From the NCBI GenBank assembly GCA_964019335.1, contig OZ025697.1:186001-250000 (forward strand): a DNA stretch of 64,000 bases. Reading direction: 5' to 3'. Shown here in pieces: positions 20,843 through 32,942 of the stretch (the first letter of the stretch is position 1; each line of letters opens with the position of its first letter). A model generated the notes under the pieces. The model was not told where the DNA came from, ran no database searches, and saw nothing but the letters and a program-made list of their open reading frames with translations. The position numbers were made by a program, and so were the translations under genes. The stretch comes from Diplonema japonicum (Eukaryota; Protista; Euglenozoa: Diplonemea).

Positions 20843-23800
20843 TTACATGGGCTTCAAACTGAACACTAGAGGGAAGGTGGGAGGTGTTGAACCTCCTTGT
20901 CCGAGACTTCCTGGTCCAGCCTGGTTTATTTATTTATTAGAAATAAAAGTTTTTTTTCTTTTTCTTTTTTGTGCAAACCGCAAAAGTACCTCACGGGAAG
21001 CCCACGTCAACTCGGGACTAGAGGTTAGAGAAGACGGGGTGATCAAAGGCTGGGGCTTGTACGGCAGCCGCGTCGTCGTGGGAGCGTGCGTAGAGGCAAG
21101 GTTGAGCCCGCCAGCTGTGTGTCCGAATAATAATAAAAAAAAAAAAATCACGTGCAACATACCTCCTCGGGGTGTCCAGTTCATGTGATGCTTAGCCGTA
21201 GAATGCTGGTGTGCGCTGTACGAAAAAAAGCGTTTCGGCTGTTTAGAAGGAATCCGCCCCCCGGTGGCCCGTGGAGACATCGCAGTGGCCCCCGACGACG
21301 TTGTAGCAGTGACCGTTGTGTCTCTGCCTTTTCTCGCAACAGAATGCTCCCCTTCACTGACCCGCGGTGTTCTGGGTGAAAGAACGCCCCCTTTACTCCT
21401 GCTCCTAGAATGGTACTCCAAGTTGCTAGACGGCAGCTTAAGGAGACGCGTGTCTACCTTCTTACGGTGCGCGGAGGAGCTATGCGTGGCCTTCAGATAG
21501 TTGTTCTTAAACCTTTTTTTTTTTTCCCTTTTAAATTTCCCCCTAACATACGCAGCTGGTACCGTATTTCTCCCCCTCTGTTCGTCTTCAGTCGGGGTTG
21601 GTGTATGTGTATGTGTATCATCTTCTATGAAAACACCACCTTTCCATCTTCCCCCTACTGCCTCAATGATCTCTGTTCCGGAGCGTGGTATCGGGTACTG
21701 CGGGGAGGTGGAGGAGCCGGAGGCGGATTCTTCCTCAGATAAAACTTCTTGTGGTTCTTGATACGCTTTTTTAAGGACCTCCTTGGTGATGGCTGCTTTG
21801 AAGGATGCTTTGTCTTTTCGGAAGGTTTTCTTCCCGGTGCTGGGAGGGCGTTTTGACTTGTTCGAGGAGTGGTCCCTCACGTAGGCGTTGCTGACCATCA
21901 TGCTTCCTTTCGGTTTCAAAGGTGTTCCGTTCCCGGTGGGGATTGTTCTGGATTGTACCTCGCCTTCGTCCTCCGCGGGAACGATGAGCGTGTTGCGTAT
22001 TTTAGGTGCTGTGCGAACTCTTTCAGGGGTTTTTTGCTGGGATTCTTTTTCTTTTTTAACCTTTGTCTCTGGTTTCTTCAGCATGCTGGGTTTTCTTACG
22101 ACATGCACGACGGAGTTCTGTCTCGATTGCAGGCCCAAGCCCTGCTTGCTTCGATCCGTGTCGACTCGGTGCACGTCCTTCCCCTCTTTTTCCCGTTCCT
22201 TCTCCTTCTCCCTTTCCTTTTCCAACCTCTCCCTCTCCCGTTCCTTCGGGTCCTTTTGCTTCAAGTCCGCGACCCTCGGCGTGGATTTCGAATATTTAAT
22301 GTGCGTTCCTGAGACCGCCCTGTCCAGCTTGGGTTCTTTTTCTTTTTCCTCCTGTTTTGCCGTGGCGATGGCGGGCTCCTTCGGTTTCTCGGGATCGGGT
22401 TTCGATTTATCGTCTTTCTTCGTTTGTTCTTCTTTTTTGTCCTTTCCGTCTTTCAATTTTGCGTCGGGGCAGGCTTTCTTAGGTGCCATTTGCGATGCTG
22501 ATGTTGCCTTGTTCAGTGTTTTTGTTTTGGAAGGAGGCCCCTGCGGACCTGGGGACTTAGGAGTTGCAAGCCTGGAAAGATCAGGGGGCTTTGTGGGGGA
22601 GTGCTTGACAGGCGAGGCAACGGGTGTCTGTGTCTTAGAGCTAGCGGACCTTGGTAACGGTTTGTTGAAGCTGCTGTTGTCGATGCTGTGCGAGCTAACG
22701 TTAGCAAAGGGAAGCTTCTCCTTGGTGTCCTTCTTCGCTCGGGGCGACCTGTTCCCCTCCGACTCCTTCTTACCTTCCTTCGGAGACGGCTTCTTAGAAA
22801 CCTTTGGATTCGGCTTTTCAATCTTCTTGTCCTCGGGGGTCTTTTCCATTTTCTCATCCCCACCCACATCAATAGGGCTGGGTCGAACAGGGGAGCCCTC
22901 TGGTTTTTCATCGGCTGCTGGTTCCACTGTCTCAACCTTCGGCGATTTGGGTTTCTCTTTTTCCTGTTCTCTCGGCTTCTCTTTGGGGTTTTCGGGTTCT
23001 TTTGGTTTTTCAGGTTCCTTGGGTTTCTCGGGCTCCTTTGGTTTTTCAGGTTCCTTGGGCTTCTCAGAAGCTTTTTGTAGTTTTTCAGGCTCCTTTGGCT
23101 TTTCAGATTCTTTTAATATTTCCGGTTTTTCACTAACAGGTGCGGGTTGCTTCGGTTCCACTTTCTTCTCGTCCGGCTTTGCGACGGGGGGTGCTGCTTC
23201 AACACTCCTTGCGTTCCTGTCCGGCTTTGTCTCCCGTTCAGGGGACCTCACCTCTACCCTCTTCACCGAGCCGCTCATCGAGTTCATACTGGAGTTCATG
23301 CTCAGCCTGCTGTTTGACATCGACAGTGTGTTCTTTTGCTCGATCTCGTCGAGATGCCTTGCGAAGTCCTTCACGCTCCCCTTGCGGGCCCACTTGGGCT
23401 CCTCGTCCACGTCGAGGTATGTTTTGGAGTTCTGGGCTACCTTCTCGAGCTTGCGTGCTGCCGCGTCGAGCGTGTTCTTTACCGGCTTGGAGTCCTCCTC
23501 TTGTGGGGCCTGGTTCTGCTTGGCGTTAGCTTCCGCGAAGTTGGAGAGGTGCTCTGCTTTCATGTCGACAGTAACAGAGAGCTTTTTGTTGCTGCTGCCC
23601 TTCATGCACGACACTGGTGATCGGCTGCCGTCTGAGGGCGTGCCAACGTCTTCGAGAGGCTCCGTCGGCCGCCGCCCTTTACGGGGCTTGGGGGAGGTGC
23701 TGGAATCAAGCGACTCTGCGATCTCAGAAGAAGCCATTCGCGCAATGCTTGAAAACCCAACATTGCTAGACTTCAGGATCGACCGTGGGGACACAGGCTC

Positions 23801-25012
23801 TTCGTCGGGGCGTGGAAGAGTGGGCAGCGACATATCAGGTTGCGGGGAGTTCGAGCGGCCTTCAGCACGGGCACGGGCCTTCAGGTCCGGTTGCGGGCCG
23901 TCCACCGTCTCAATCGTAGCACTCCCTCCGAAGGAAGGCCTGCGGGGCGTGAAGCTCTGCACAGAAGAGCGGCGCGATGCAGGCTGCCCGCCGGCCTTCA
24001 GGTGGTCGAGTTGCTTGGTAAATTCATTCGCTGATTCCTCGTTGTGGAGCCTTATTTCTTCAATAAGATCCTCGAGCTGTGTTTATTTATGTTTTTTTTC
24101 TTTTTTTTTTTTCCCATCTTTCCCTTTTCCCCCCCCTCCCCCCCTTTTTTTTTCCCATACCTTTTGTATGCCTTGCTCCAAACTCTTCGCAAACTGAGTG
24201 TGCATGGTGGCCTCCTTGCCCACTTGTTTCTGTTTTGTTTATTTTTACTTTTTTCTTTTTGTTGTCCTTCTGCCGTCTATACCTCGAGACGTTGCAGCTC
24301 ATCACAGTTAAGCCGGGAATCAACGAGCATTGAGTCCACACTGTCATGTATGAAGAGGTACTTGTTATGCGTGTCCTCCTGAGCAATAATGCTGTTGTAG
24401 TGAACAGGTGCTTGATAGGAGAGGAACACGTGAGTGTCAACGTCGCTAGAATTCACCTTTTTTTTTTTATAAAGTATTCCCTCCCCCCCCCAAAAAAAGA
24501 TACCGAAAAGGTTCTCTGGCTAGGTTCATTCATTGGAGAGTAGCTGAGGATCCACCTCCCTGCTTCGCTGGTCGCAATGTGCACAAAAATGCCCAATGCA
24601 TCAGAGGCAGCACGAAGGGTCAGTTCGTCACCCCACTCCGTGGTCATCGCCATTCGTTTGATATACTCTGCGAATTCCTTATCGCTGGTGAAGTACATTG
24701 AAAATTCATCCTTGTTGAGCTTCATATAAGCAACAACAATCGCCTTAAGAATGTTACTTTCTTTTTTTACAAGCATACCCGTAAATGGGAATGGTACTGC
24801 TGCGTCCTCCACAGTTGGAAGGACAGCGATCTGAACTGGCAGTTCCCATCGTCCACCATTACCTGCTCGTCGCATTTTAGCTCGATTAGCCTTTGGTCGA
24901 GTCGTTTCCGACCGGAGGTGATGTCCTCCGTCCGATTCTTCTGGCTGTCCATCTCCGCAACAAGCATGGCACGCTGACACTCTGAGAGACCGTTCATAAA
25001 TGATGCCTTTGT

Positions 25013-25047
<35 letters not shown>

Positions 25048-25326
25048 ACCTCAACCAACGGCTGCTGTTCCTTATAACTCGGGTCCCACTCAGTGTCGCA
25101 TGCCACGCAAAATTGATTCGAACACAGATTGGACAGAGTGCACTGTGCGCAGCTCCATGATCTCCATGCCCCGCACGATTCACACCGCTTCCCCAACGGG
25201 TCGGCATCGCCAACTTCACATTGCTGGCATATCCATGCAGGCGGCGATTTGGGCGAACCGGGTGTGCTCTCCTCTGTCACCATCGGCGCGTCAAAAGTGT
25301 TGGGCGCCGGGCTGTTTTTCATGTCA

Positions 25327-25373
<47 letters not shown>

Positions 25374-25879
25374 CTTTCGCAAGCAATGCATGTTCTGTTT
25401 TCAGCATCATTCATTAAAGTGCATGTTGGGCATTCCCACTGCCCTCCTACGTTTGAGGTTGACGCGCTGAAGGATTGCTTGCGGCCCACGGACACACGTG
25501 ACCCGACACGGTGGAGGGGGGTGAAATTCTTGGCGGAATTCGAATGGTCCTTCCACTGAGCGATCTTTTTGTCGATAGAGGATTCCCCCGCATTAATAGA
25601 GGACTCTTCTTGTTGAAGCCTTTCGTAAAGCAGATCTTGGTGTCGCCGTTGGTCCGCATGCGGCATTCTAGAAGGTGCTGTAGGGAACGCCACGTCCGGG
25701 TCAACTAACATCCAGCAGGGATAGCACAGACGGTGGCGTGAAGGATTTGCCTGGTTCAAGTAGCAAACTACACACGCGTTCCAGTGTGAGCCTTGTTTTC
25801 TCTCTTGTCCCTCCCTTTTCACTTTTGCGAACATTTGGGACCTCGACAAAGCTTCGCTGGATTCATTGGTGGTGCTCAT
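20843..25879 (-). CDS. Multi-exon protein: RanBP2-type zinc fingers, OTU deubiquitinase and a long Lys/Pro/Ser/Glu-rich tail
   Basis: W-x-C-x2-C...C-x2-C fingers; OTU motifs DDGNCQFRSLS, WGDELTL, VHYNS; about 8 short GT-AG introns keep one frame from ATG 25879 into ORF 20930-23962 and to TAA 20843. Confidence 0.8.
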
Positions 25880-26022
25880 TTAAACCCCCTTTTTTTTTTA
25901 AATGCGAGAGAGACGGAGAGAGAGGGGGGAGGCTGTGCGCCCCCCTCCCCTCCCCCCACCTCCCTTTTCCGAGGATAGTCAGCCCCCTCTCCGTTCCCCC
26001 ACCCTAGCCAACCGCCTTTGGT

Positions 26023-26062
<40 letters not shown>

Positions 26063-26596
26063 TTGTTGTTGAAAAATTAGAATTGGGGAGATATATATTT
26101 TGAGGTGTGGTTGCGGGGAGAACGGTGAGGAGGAGAGAAGGAAGGGGGGGGGGGGGGAAGAAACAGTAAGAAAAGAAAAAAAAATTGGAAAAGAAAGGGA
26201 AGAAAAGAGAAGGTATAAAAAAAAAAAGAAAAAAAGAGGGAGTGATGGGGAATGAAAGAAAAGTGCATGATTTGAGCGGATATGGGTGCTAACGAACGCA
26301 AAAAACCCCTCAATCAAAAAAAAAAAAAGAGAAAAAAAAGAAACAGGGAATATAAAATAAAAAAAATAGAAAAAAAAAAAAAAGGAGTGGGACATATAGA
26401 AAGAAAAAAAGAAATGCGTTTTTAACGCCTTTTATTTCCTTTTTCTTTTTTTCTTTTACTTTTCTTTTAATTCCCTCTTTTTTCTTTCTTCTTTTTTTCT
26501 TTCTTTTTTTTTTTTTTTTTTTTTTTGCTTTCTAGCTCCACACGTGGTCCACTCGTGTGCTTTCATTCTGCGAAGAGAAAAAAACTCGGGACAATA

Positions 26597-26635
<39 letters not shown>

Positions 26636-27012
26636 AGTCCCTTGGTGAGTTTCTATCCGTTACTGCTCCCCATTCAGGAGAAAAGAAGAAAGAAGGAAAC
26701 TGGGGCATGCTCCGAGGTAATTTAAGTTGCTCAAGGAAGCCTTGTCCCAATTCCCCCCCCCCCTTTTTTTTCTGCTTTTTTCTTTTTTTTCTTTTCCTTC
26801 TCGGCTTGCTCCCAAGCACATTGTGCTTCACTCTTACGAAGTTCTAAAAGTAAAAGAGAACGGGAAAATAAAAAAAAGTGTGGGCTTTTTTTCTATTCTT
26901 TTTTTTTCTTCCCCCCGAAAGAAAGGTTTGTTACTGTAAAAAAAAAAAAAAAAAGAAAAAAAAAATCAAAAACAAAAAAAGATATCTGCAAGGAGGCCAA
27001 GAAAAAAAAAAA

Positions 27013-27056
27013 TCGATATAAAAAATTTCAGTGTGCAGGGGTGCTCACTGTTCATA
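27013..27056 (-). mobile_element. Solo 3'-end fragment of the adjacent LINE
   Basis: aaatttcagtgtgcaggggtgctcactgttc nearly identical to 27288-27320. Confidence 0.8.
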
Positions 27057-27072
27057 AAGAAAACAGACAGCG

Positions 27073-27103
<31 letters not shown>

Positions 27104-27241
27104 AAAGGAAATAAAAGTAAAAAAGAAATTCACAATGGGGTGAATTGTTAGCGTCCCATCAGAGAATAATAATAATAAAAAAAAAAGGGAAAAAAAAAAG
27201 AAATAGATAGGACCAGCTAGCTACGACCCAAGGTCAACAAG

Positions 27242-27281
<40 letters not shown>

Positions 27282-27283
<2 letters not shown>

Positions 27284-29234
27284 GATAAAATTTCAGTGTG
27301 CATGGGGGTGCTCACTGTTCTGGTAGAAATTCACACTAATCGGTCACCGTTCTGCGGTTGCTGTCTGGTGCCTGCGGTGGCTGTTTGTCGCGATGAGATG
27401 GACGGCATCTGGGCGAGAAACACTGCTTGGAGTCGTGCTAGGTAGGGGGGGGTTTGGCTCGAGGAGAAGAGTGGTCTCCTGTCGTAGCCGTGTGCCGTCG
27501 GGCCCCCAAGATGTCGAAGGGTATGCACCCTTGATTTGGCGTTGGCGGGGAAGGCTGACCTTCCACAGCGTGCTGAGCATTTCTGGATGCGACCCAAGAT
27601 GTATCGCATCCTTGCGGCCTTCTCCGTGAGCAGGTCCTGATCGTCGAGGGGACCTATGAGTGACCGGCGGGTGGTCTGCTCATAGTCTATGGCGAGTTCC
27701 ATTGTAGTGACGGAAGTTTTCTTCTTACCATCGTACCATCGTAGGCTCTTAGCCACTTGAGGACGTTCTTCAGATGAAAGGTCAGGACCGCGCCTGACGC
27801 CCCGTTCGCCTTCAGCAACGCTTCCGTCGGAACATCATGTTGCCTCCCTGTCGTTACCTCATCCCAAGGGTTGGAGGTGAGCACTCTCTTGCTTTTTTCC
27901 GCTGCTCTGGCGTCACGGACCGTCACTACTTTCAGGAGGTATTGTTGCACCATCCTGGCACGTTCTTTCCCTGCTTTGTCGGCTCCTCTTGGGACTATCC
28001 CGTGAAGGGCTGTGGCAGCTGGGAGGCCTTCTCGCTTCACCTCTGCGTATTGCTCGCTTTCCAACACACTCCTTGCCGGCTCGCACTCCCACAGTGCATG
28101 CTCCGTCATGCTGGTCGTTGTCTGGGACCGGTGGTCGCAAACGTCACACGCTAATGCTGGGTTTTCCACACCAGGGCCATCCAATTTTCTCCCCCACACC
28201 CTCGGGTGAGTCGTGAACACTGCACCACTAATGATGCGCCGCAACCTAAAGGACACCAACGGTCTCCGGGCCTGGAGCTTTTTCCACCAATAGTTCGTGG
28301 ACGGGCACGCCCCTGCCTCCATCCCCACGAAGGTTGATCTCTTCTCGATCAGCCTCTTCGCAACTGCCGGTCTGATGGCTTGCCTCACTTTGTGAGCCAC
28401 CGCTGTATCTCCGTGCAGGTCGGCCACAAAGGACCATCCCTTCCCCAGAAAGGGGAGCCATCTGTTCCGCAGGACTCCAATCGGACCCATCACCTCATCG
28501 TCATCACGGTCCTGGTATAGACCAATGATCTCACCAACACGCTGCCGCAAACGCGGAGAGGCCAGGCTCTCCCGGACCAAGCTGTTTATCGTTCCGTAGA
28601 TGACCTTCGACAGCGGATGTGCCGTATGCCCTGGCAGCAGAACGCTCAGTACAGACACGGGGTTTCTCATCCCGAACTGGGGGCCCCACAGGGAGACCAC
28701 TGCCGCTGTACACATCTTCTTCAGCTGGTCGTCCGAGGGTGCCGCATACGTTGCTCCGTACAGACACGACGGTAGCACAGTGCTCGTCAACATCGTCGAC
28801 TTGTTCTCAAACCCTAGTGGCAAAGCTCCGAGACGGGTCAGGCGTCCCTCCGCTGCGTCCAGCTTGTCCAGCCTGTGATTCCCATCCATGCTCAGGTTCA
28901 CGCCAAGTGATTTGATCTCCCCAGCTACCTTGAACGAGGAACCGGTGCATACTAAACTAGGGCCGATCTCGTTTTTCGTCGAGAATCCCTGCGACTTCTT
29001 TCCGTTGAGGCGCATCTCTGTCCGGTCCCCGAACTCGATCACCTTGTTGGTCGCCCTTGTCAGGACCTCCGCTAAACGCGCCAGGAGGTACACGTCATCC
29101 GCGTACGAAAGTGACCAAGCTCCTGGTACTTCCGCACTTCACCATCACCGACACCAAGGCGTTCACCATGATTACCGAGATGGGGCACCCTTGCAGGATA
29201 CCATTCGTCACTCGGAACTCTGAGCCAACACCTG
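27282..29234 (-). mobile_element. 5'-truncated, frameshifted non-LTR retrotransposon (LINE)
   Basis: RT motifs GILQGCPIS and SYADDVYLL (frameshift between them), KSLGV thumb, zinc knuckle C-x2-C...H-x4-C (CDVC...EHALWEC); second frameshift near 27750; stop at 27331, then a short 3' UTR with a stem-loop. Confidence 0.9.
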
Positions 29235-30412
29235 TCGGGGAAAAAAAAAAAAAAGGACAATGTACGCGGCCAGAAAAGGATTAAAAAAAAAATCACTTTT
29301 AGTAGTTAACCGTTTTTTAGATTGAATACGAAACGAAAGAAAAGCCCCCAAATCTTTATTATACCGTTCAAAGTTAAATTCGTACTTCTAGTTTTCTTGG
29401 CCCCGTAGCATGGTGCACAAAGAGCCAAAATAAAACATAAAGTTAAAATTAAAGTAACCTCCGTCTATACATTTTTTCGTTTCATATTTTTGTCCAAAAT
29501 CCGGTAACTCTCTCTATAACCCTCTTAAAAGAAATTCTTATTGTTGCTCCTGTGTCCCTCTAGCTAAAAAGGGAGATAATAGCACTGAAGATCCCCCCCC
29601 CCTCCATTTTCTTTTCTTCCCGTTGGCCAGTAGGAAGTTGTAAAAAAAATCTTTAATTCATTTTTTTTTCTTTTTTTTTTTTGTGCAAACTTTCGTACGT
29701 AAAATTATACTTTTCTTTTTTTTTTTTTTTCAATTTCTTTTTCATAACCCACCATGCATTTCCAGCATCACATGACTGGGGGAGGGGGGACTTTTTCTAA
29801 ATTATTCTTGTTCAGGTATTCACGCAGTAGTGCCTTAAAGAGGAGGGGAGGGATGAAAAAAAAAAAAAAGAATATAGAGAACAAAGGTCAACAAGGAATT
29901 TTTTTTTTCTCTCTCTTTTTCTTTTTTTTTTTTTTTTTTGTTCCCCTCAGCAACAGATAGCAAAATCACCGCTTGTTGCTTTCTCCTTCCTGCACAAAAG
30001 CCCCTTTCTTCCCCTAAGTCCTCTGAACCGGCCGCAAATTTGCCCGCGTCAGGAGAAACCTGGAGTGCTTATTACTCGTATACCCATTAGAAAAGTCAAG
30101 GACTCATTCTTGCAAAAAAAAAAATGGGGGGGTGGAACGAAAGAGGAGGCACCCTTTTCCGTTTTTCTTAAAACAACAAATTGAGATCGATTAAAAAAAA
30201 AAGTGAAAGAAACAAGAAAAAAAAAAAAAAACAGGAAGGGGAAGGAGGGAAGATCTTTTTTTTTTAAAAATTGACTTTTTTTTTGGGGGGGGAAGCAGCA
30301 AGACATAAAATGGGGGTGAACGATGGTGGTGGGGAGAAAGAAAATAATGAGTAGGGATACCAGTCGCAGGCAGCACAACGATTTCAAAAAGAAAAAAAAG
30401 AAAAAAAAATAT

Positions 30413-30719
30413 GAGTTAAAGGAGGCCGGTGTTGGCGGCGCCCTGCACAAGAACTGTCTACTTGATTACAGGGGGCGCACCGCGGCCGAGTTGTAGCTTC
30501 TTCTTCGTGTCCTTAATGCGTGCGGTGTCAGCTCAACCCCAGCCGGGGCGTCCCGGGTAACCAAGATTCTGCGCTCGTGCAGTGTGCTGCCTGTTCGTCA
30601 CCCTGAGCATCTGCTTTACGTTCTTCCACTCGGGTGCTACCGGTGATGACCGACGAGGAGGTCAACAGCGAACAACACATCTGATGTTTTTCTTATATTT
30701 CCATGTTATCCCCACCACC
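30413..30719 (-). mobile_element. ~300-nt non-autonomous retroposon (SINE/RIME-like), full-length copy
   Basis: Highly similar to 36723-36992; 3'-only fragments at 1303 and 14637; 5' HDV-like ribozyme; long 3' hairpin; no credible ORF. Confidence 0.85.
30586..30719 (-). ncRNA. HDV-like self-cleaving ribozyme (copy A)
   Basis: P1 GGUGGUG/CAUCACC; P2 GCUGUUG/CAG(G)CAGC; P3 ACC/GGU; L3 UCCUCGUC; P1.1 GG; P4 CACCC-GAGU/GCUC-A-GGGUG; J4/2 ACGAA. Confidence 0.85.
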
Positions 30720-31607
30720 TTAAAAAAAAAAAAAAAAAAAAAAAGCTCCCTAAAAAAAGTGCTTCAGCAATATTTTTTAACAAGACGCTGCTTTCAACGT
30801 GAATTTCGCTTTTTTTTTTTTTTTTGGATGAGCAGAAAAATTCCTAACACAAGCACGAGGAATCCTTCCCCTCCCCCTCTTTTCTAATCATTTTTTTTCT
30901 TTTTTCTCTTTTTTTTTTCCCCCCCTCTCTCTGTCTCCCATTTTCCCTCCCCATTATTTTTCAGTAAAAGGACAAGATAAGGTAACCGATGGGGAACTGC
31001 CGAGTTTTTTTTTCTTTAAGACCACTTAGAGAAGAAGAACAAAGTAACAAAGAGGTTTAAAGTGCAATCTTTTTTTTCAATATTTCTTTTTTTTTTTAAT
31101 CGGGATACTATTCTCAAGGTAACAACAGATAGATTATCGAGCTAAATGCTGCAGTTTGTTAACCGGCCAAGAAAATCATCAGCACTGCCCACTAAAATTT
31201 AAAAAAAAAATATCTTGAGCATGAGGTATACTATGGACCCACGCATGAAATCAAAGAGTATCTGATTTTCTTTTTCTTCCCTCCCCCCCCTCTTTTTTCT
31301 TTGTCTACCCTCACTAATCAACAATAAGCGACAACATAGCCTACACAACCTGTTGTTTACTTGCAATACCTTTTTTTTTTTTTTACCCGCGGCACCAAGA
31401 CCCCCCCCGCAGAAGGACTTATGGAAAAAAAAAAAACTCGAAACGAATGGCAGGAAAAGGAGGGGGGGGGGGGGGGGGGGGGAAATCAAAGATGATAGAA
31501 TTGTACCATAAATAGGATGTCAGACTGATAGTGTGTGTGCGCAGGGGGGGGGGAGGGGGAGGGAGGGAAAAGGGTAGAGAAAAAAAAAGAGGGAAAAAAA
31601 AAAAAAA

Positions 31608-32906
31608 TCACCTTGGAGCAGCAGAAAATTGTTGGGCGAACAAGGGGTGGTTAAATGCATAGGTCATTCCCTGCAGGAACGATTGGTTGATGACAGGGAC
31701 CTGGTGGCCGGTGGAAACGGGAACCGGGATGGGGACCGGGACGATCTTTTGAGCAGCGGTGGCCGCAGCTTGCTTTTGCTGTTGTTGTTGTTGCTGCTGT
31801 TGCTTCTTAGCCTTCTTCGCCGCGCTCTTCTCCGTTTTCTTCTTTTTGCTCCCTGTCGGCGCCTTCACGGACTTAATCATCTGGAACGGGAAATAACTTT
31901 CCATCAGCCCCAACGACGGGTCTACCCCAGCAAACGCCCCGTTGTTCACCTGTCTGATATCGCCTGAAGCAACCTGGGACTTCAATGAGAATACGTTGAC
32001 CCTAGCAAAGTCAGGTCGAATTATCAACTTCAGCCCTAAAATATCAACGATTTTTCCGTCAGTAAGCTCTTTTGCTCTGATAGCGGCATCGACGTCTTTC
32101 AGCTTTACTGAGAATATACCGTATTTTCTCTTCAATTTCCCGCCCTCCTGCCTCGTGACCCTGAAGCTGTTGTTGGGGATTGAGATCTCTTCCCAGTCCT
32201 TGTCGAGGGACCCGGCGATGATGGCAGCGGTCTTTGCAGAAATCTTCCTTTCGGCATCTGATGTAATGGTTTTATAAACATCGCGGATGGATTTGTCCAA
32301 AGGGGTGTAGTCCTCTTCCGGTGAGAGGAGGATACACTTGACCTGCAACACATTAGAGGCAACAGCTTGTTCCATGCACGGGTTTTTGGATGGTTCTAGT
32401 GTTAAGCTATGCCCTCCGACTGTTATTCTCTCAGAAGTACGAAGGTTTATTTTTGTGTCGAGTTCTGCAAGCGCGATCCCCATTTCCCACACCGGCGCTA
32501 TGGGTTTCGAGAGCTTTGAGTTGTTTCTTGTTGCGTAGGCCGCTAGCTCTGCTTCCAGTTCCTTTAAGTCAACACCCCATGGGATTTTTTTCATGATGAC
32601 TACGCTGACCGGTCTGACCTCTCTCAGGCCCGGAAGTGGGATTTTTGGACCGCCGCGTTTTGTCAAAGCCAGAGGTTGCATGGGAGGTGAGGGGATCGAG
32701 GGTGGGGACGGCGGGAGCAGGCTGTCTATTTGAAAGCTGTGGAGGGCATTGAAGTCATCATCGTCGTCGTCATCGTCGTCACCTATCGAAGAGCCGTTCT
32801 CCTCCAGTGCTGGAAGCCGGGCCAGATCGTCGTCTTCGTCCAGCCCCCCCACCTCCTGCAGGAGCTTCAGGATCTGATCCTCGATGTTCGCTTGCGAGGT
32901 GTCCAT
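31608..32906 (-). CDS. Protein with probable divergent RRM-like domains and a poly-Q tail
   Basis: 432-aa ORF; VVIMKKIPWGVD..EL and FSVKLKDVDAAIRAKELTDGK...LIIRPDFAR resemble PTB/hnRNP-L-type RRMs. Confidence 0.55.
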   Translation of the reverse strand: MDTSQANIEDQILKLLQEVGGLDEDDDLARLPALEENGSSIGDDDDDDDDDFNALHSFQIDSLLPPSPPSIPSPPMQPLALTKRGGPKIPLPGLREVRPVSVVIMKKIPWGVDLKELEAELAAYATRNNSKLSKPIAPVWEMGIALAELDTKINLRTSERITVGGHSLTLEPSKNPCMEQAVASNVLQVKCILLSPEEDYTPLDKSIRDVYKTITSDAERKISAKTAAIIAGSLDKDWEEISIPNNSFRVTRQEGGKLKRKYGIFSVKLKDVDAAIRAKELTDGKIVDILGLKLIIRPDFARVNVFSLKSQVASGDIRQVNNGAFAGVDPSLGLMESYFPFQMIKSVKAPTGSKKKKTEKSAAKKAKKQQQQQQQQQKQAAATAAQKIVPVPIPVPVSTGHQVPVINQSFLQGMTYAFNHPLFAQQFSAAPR

Positions 32907-32908
32907 TG

Positions 32909-32942
<34 letters not shown>

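Noticed and set aside
21161-21180. ACC-TCCTCGG-GGT resembling an HDV P3/L3 on the plus strand
   Set aside because: No P1.1 GG or matching P1/P2; it overlaps an exon-intron junction on the other strand
21888-24197. 769-aa plus-strand ORF
   Set aside because: Antisense shadow of the Lys/Glu/Pro-rich exon
30413-30719. 7SL RNA, or a plus-strand SINE with poly(A) tail at 30722
   Set aside because: No SRP motifs recognised; the ribozyme fold and the truncation polarity both indicate minus orientation, and A-runs are ubiquitous here
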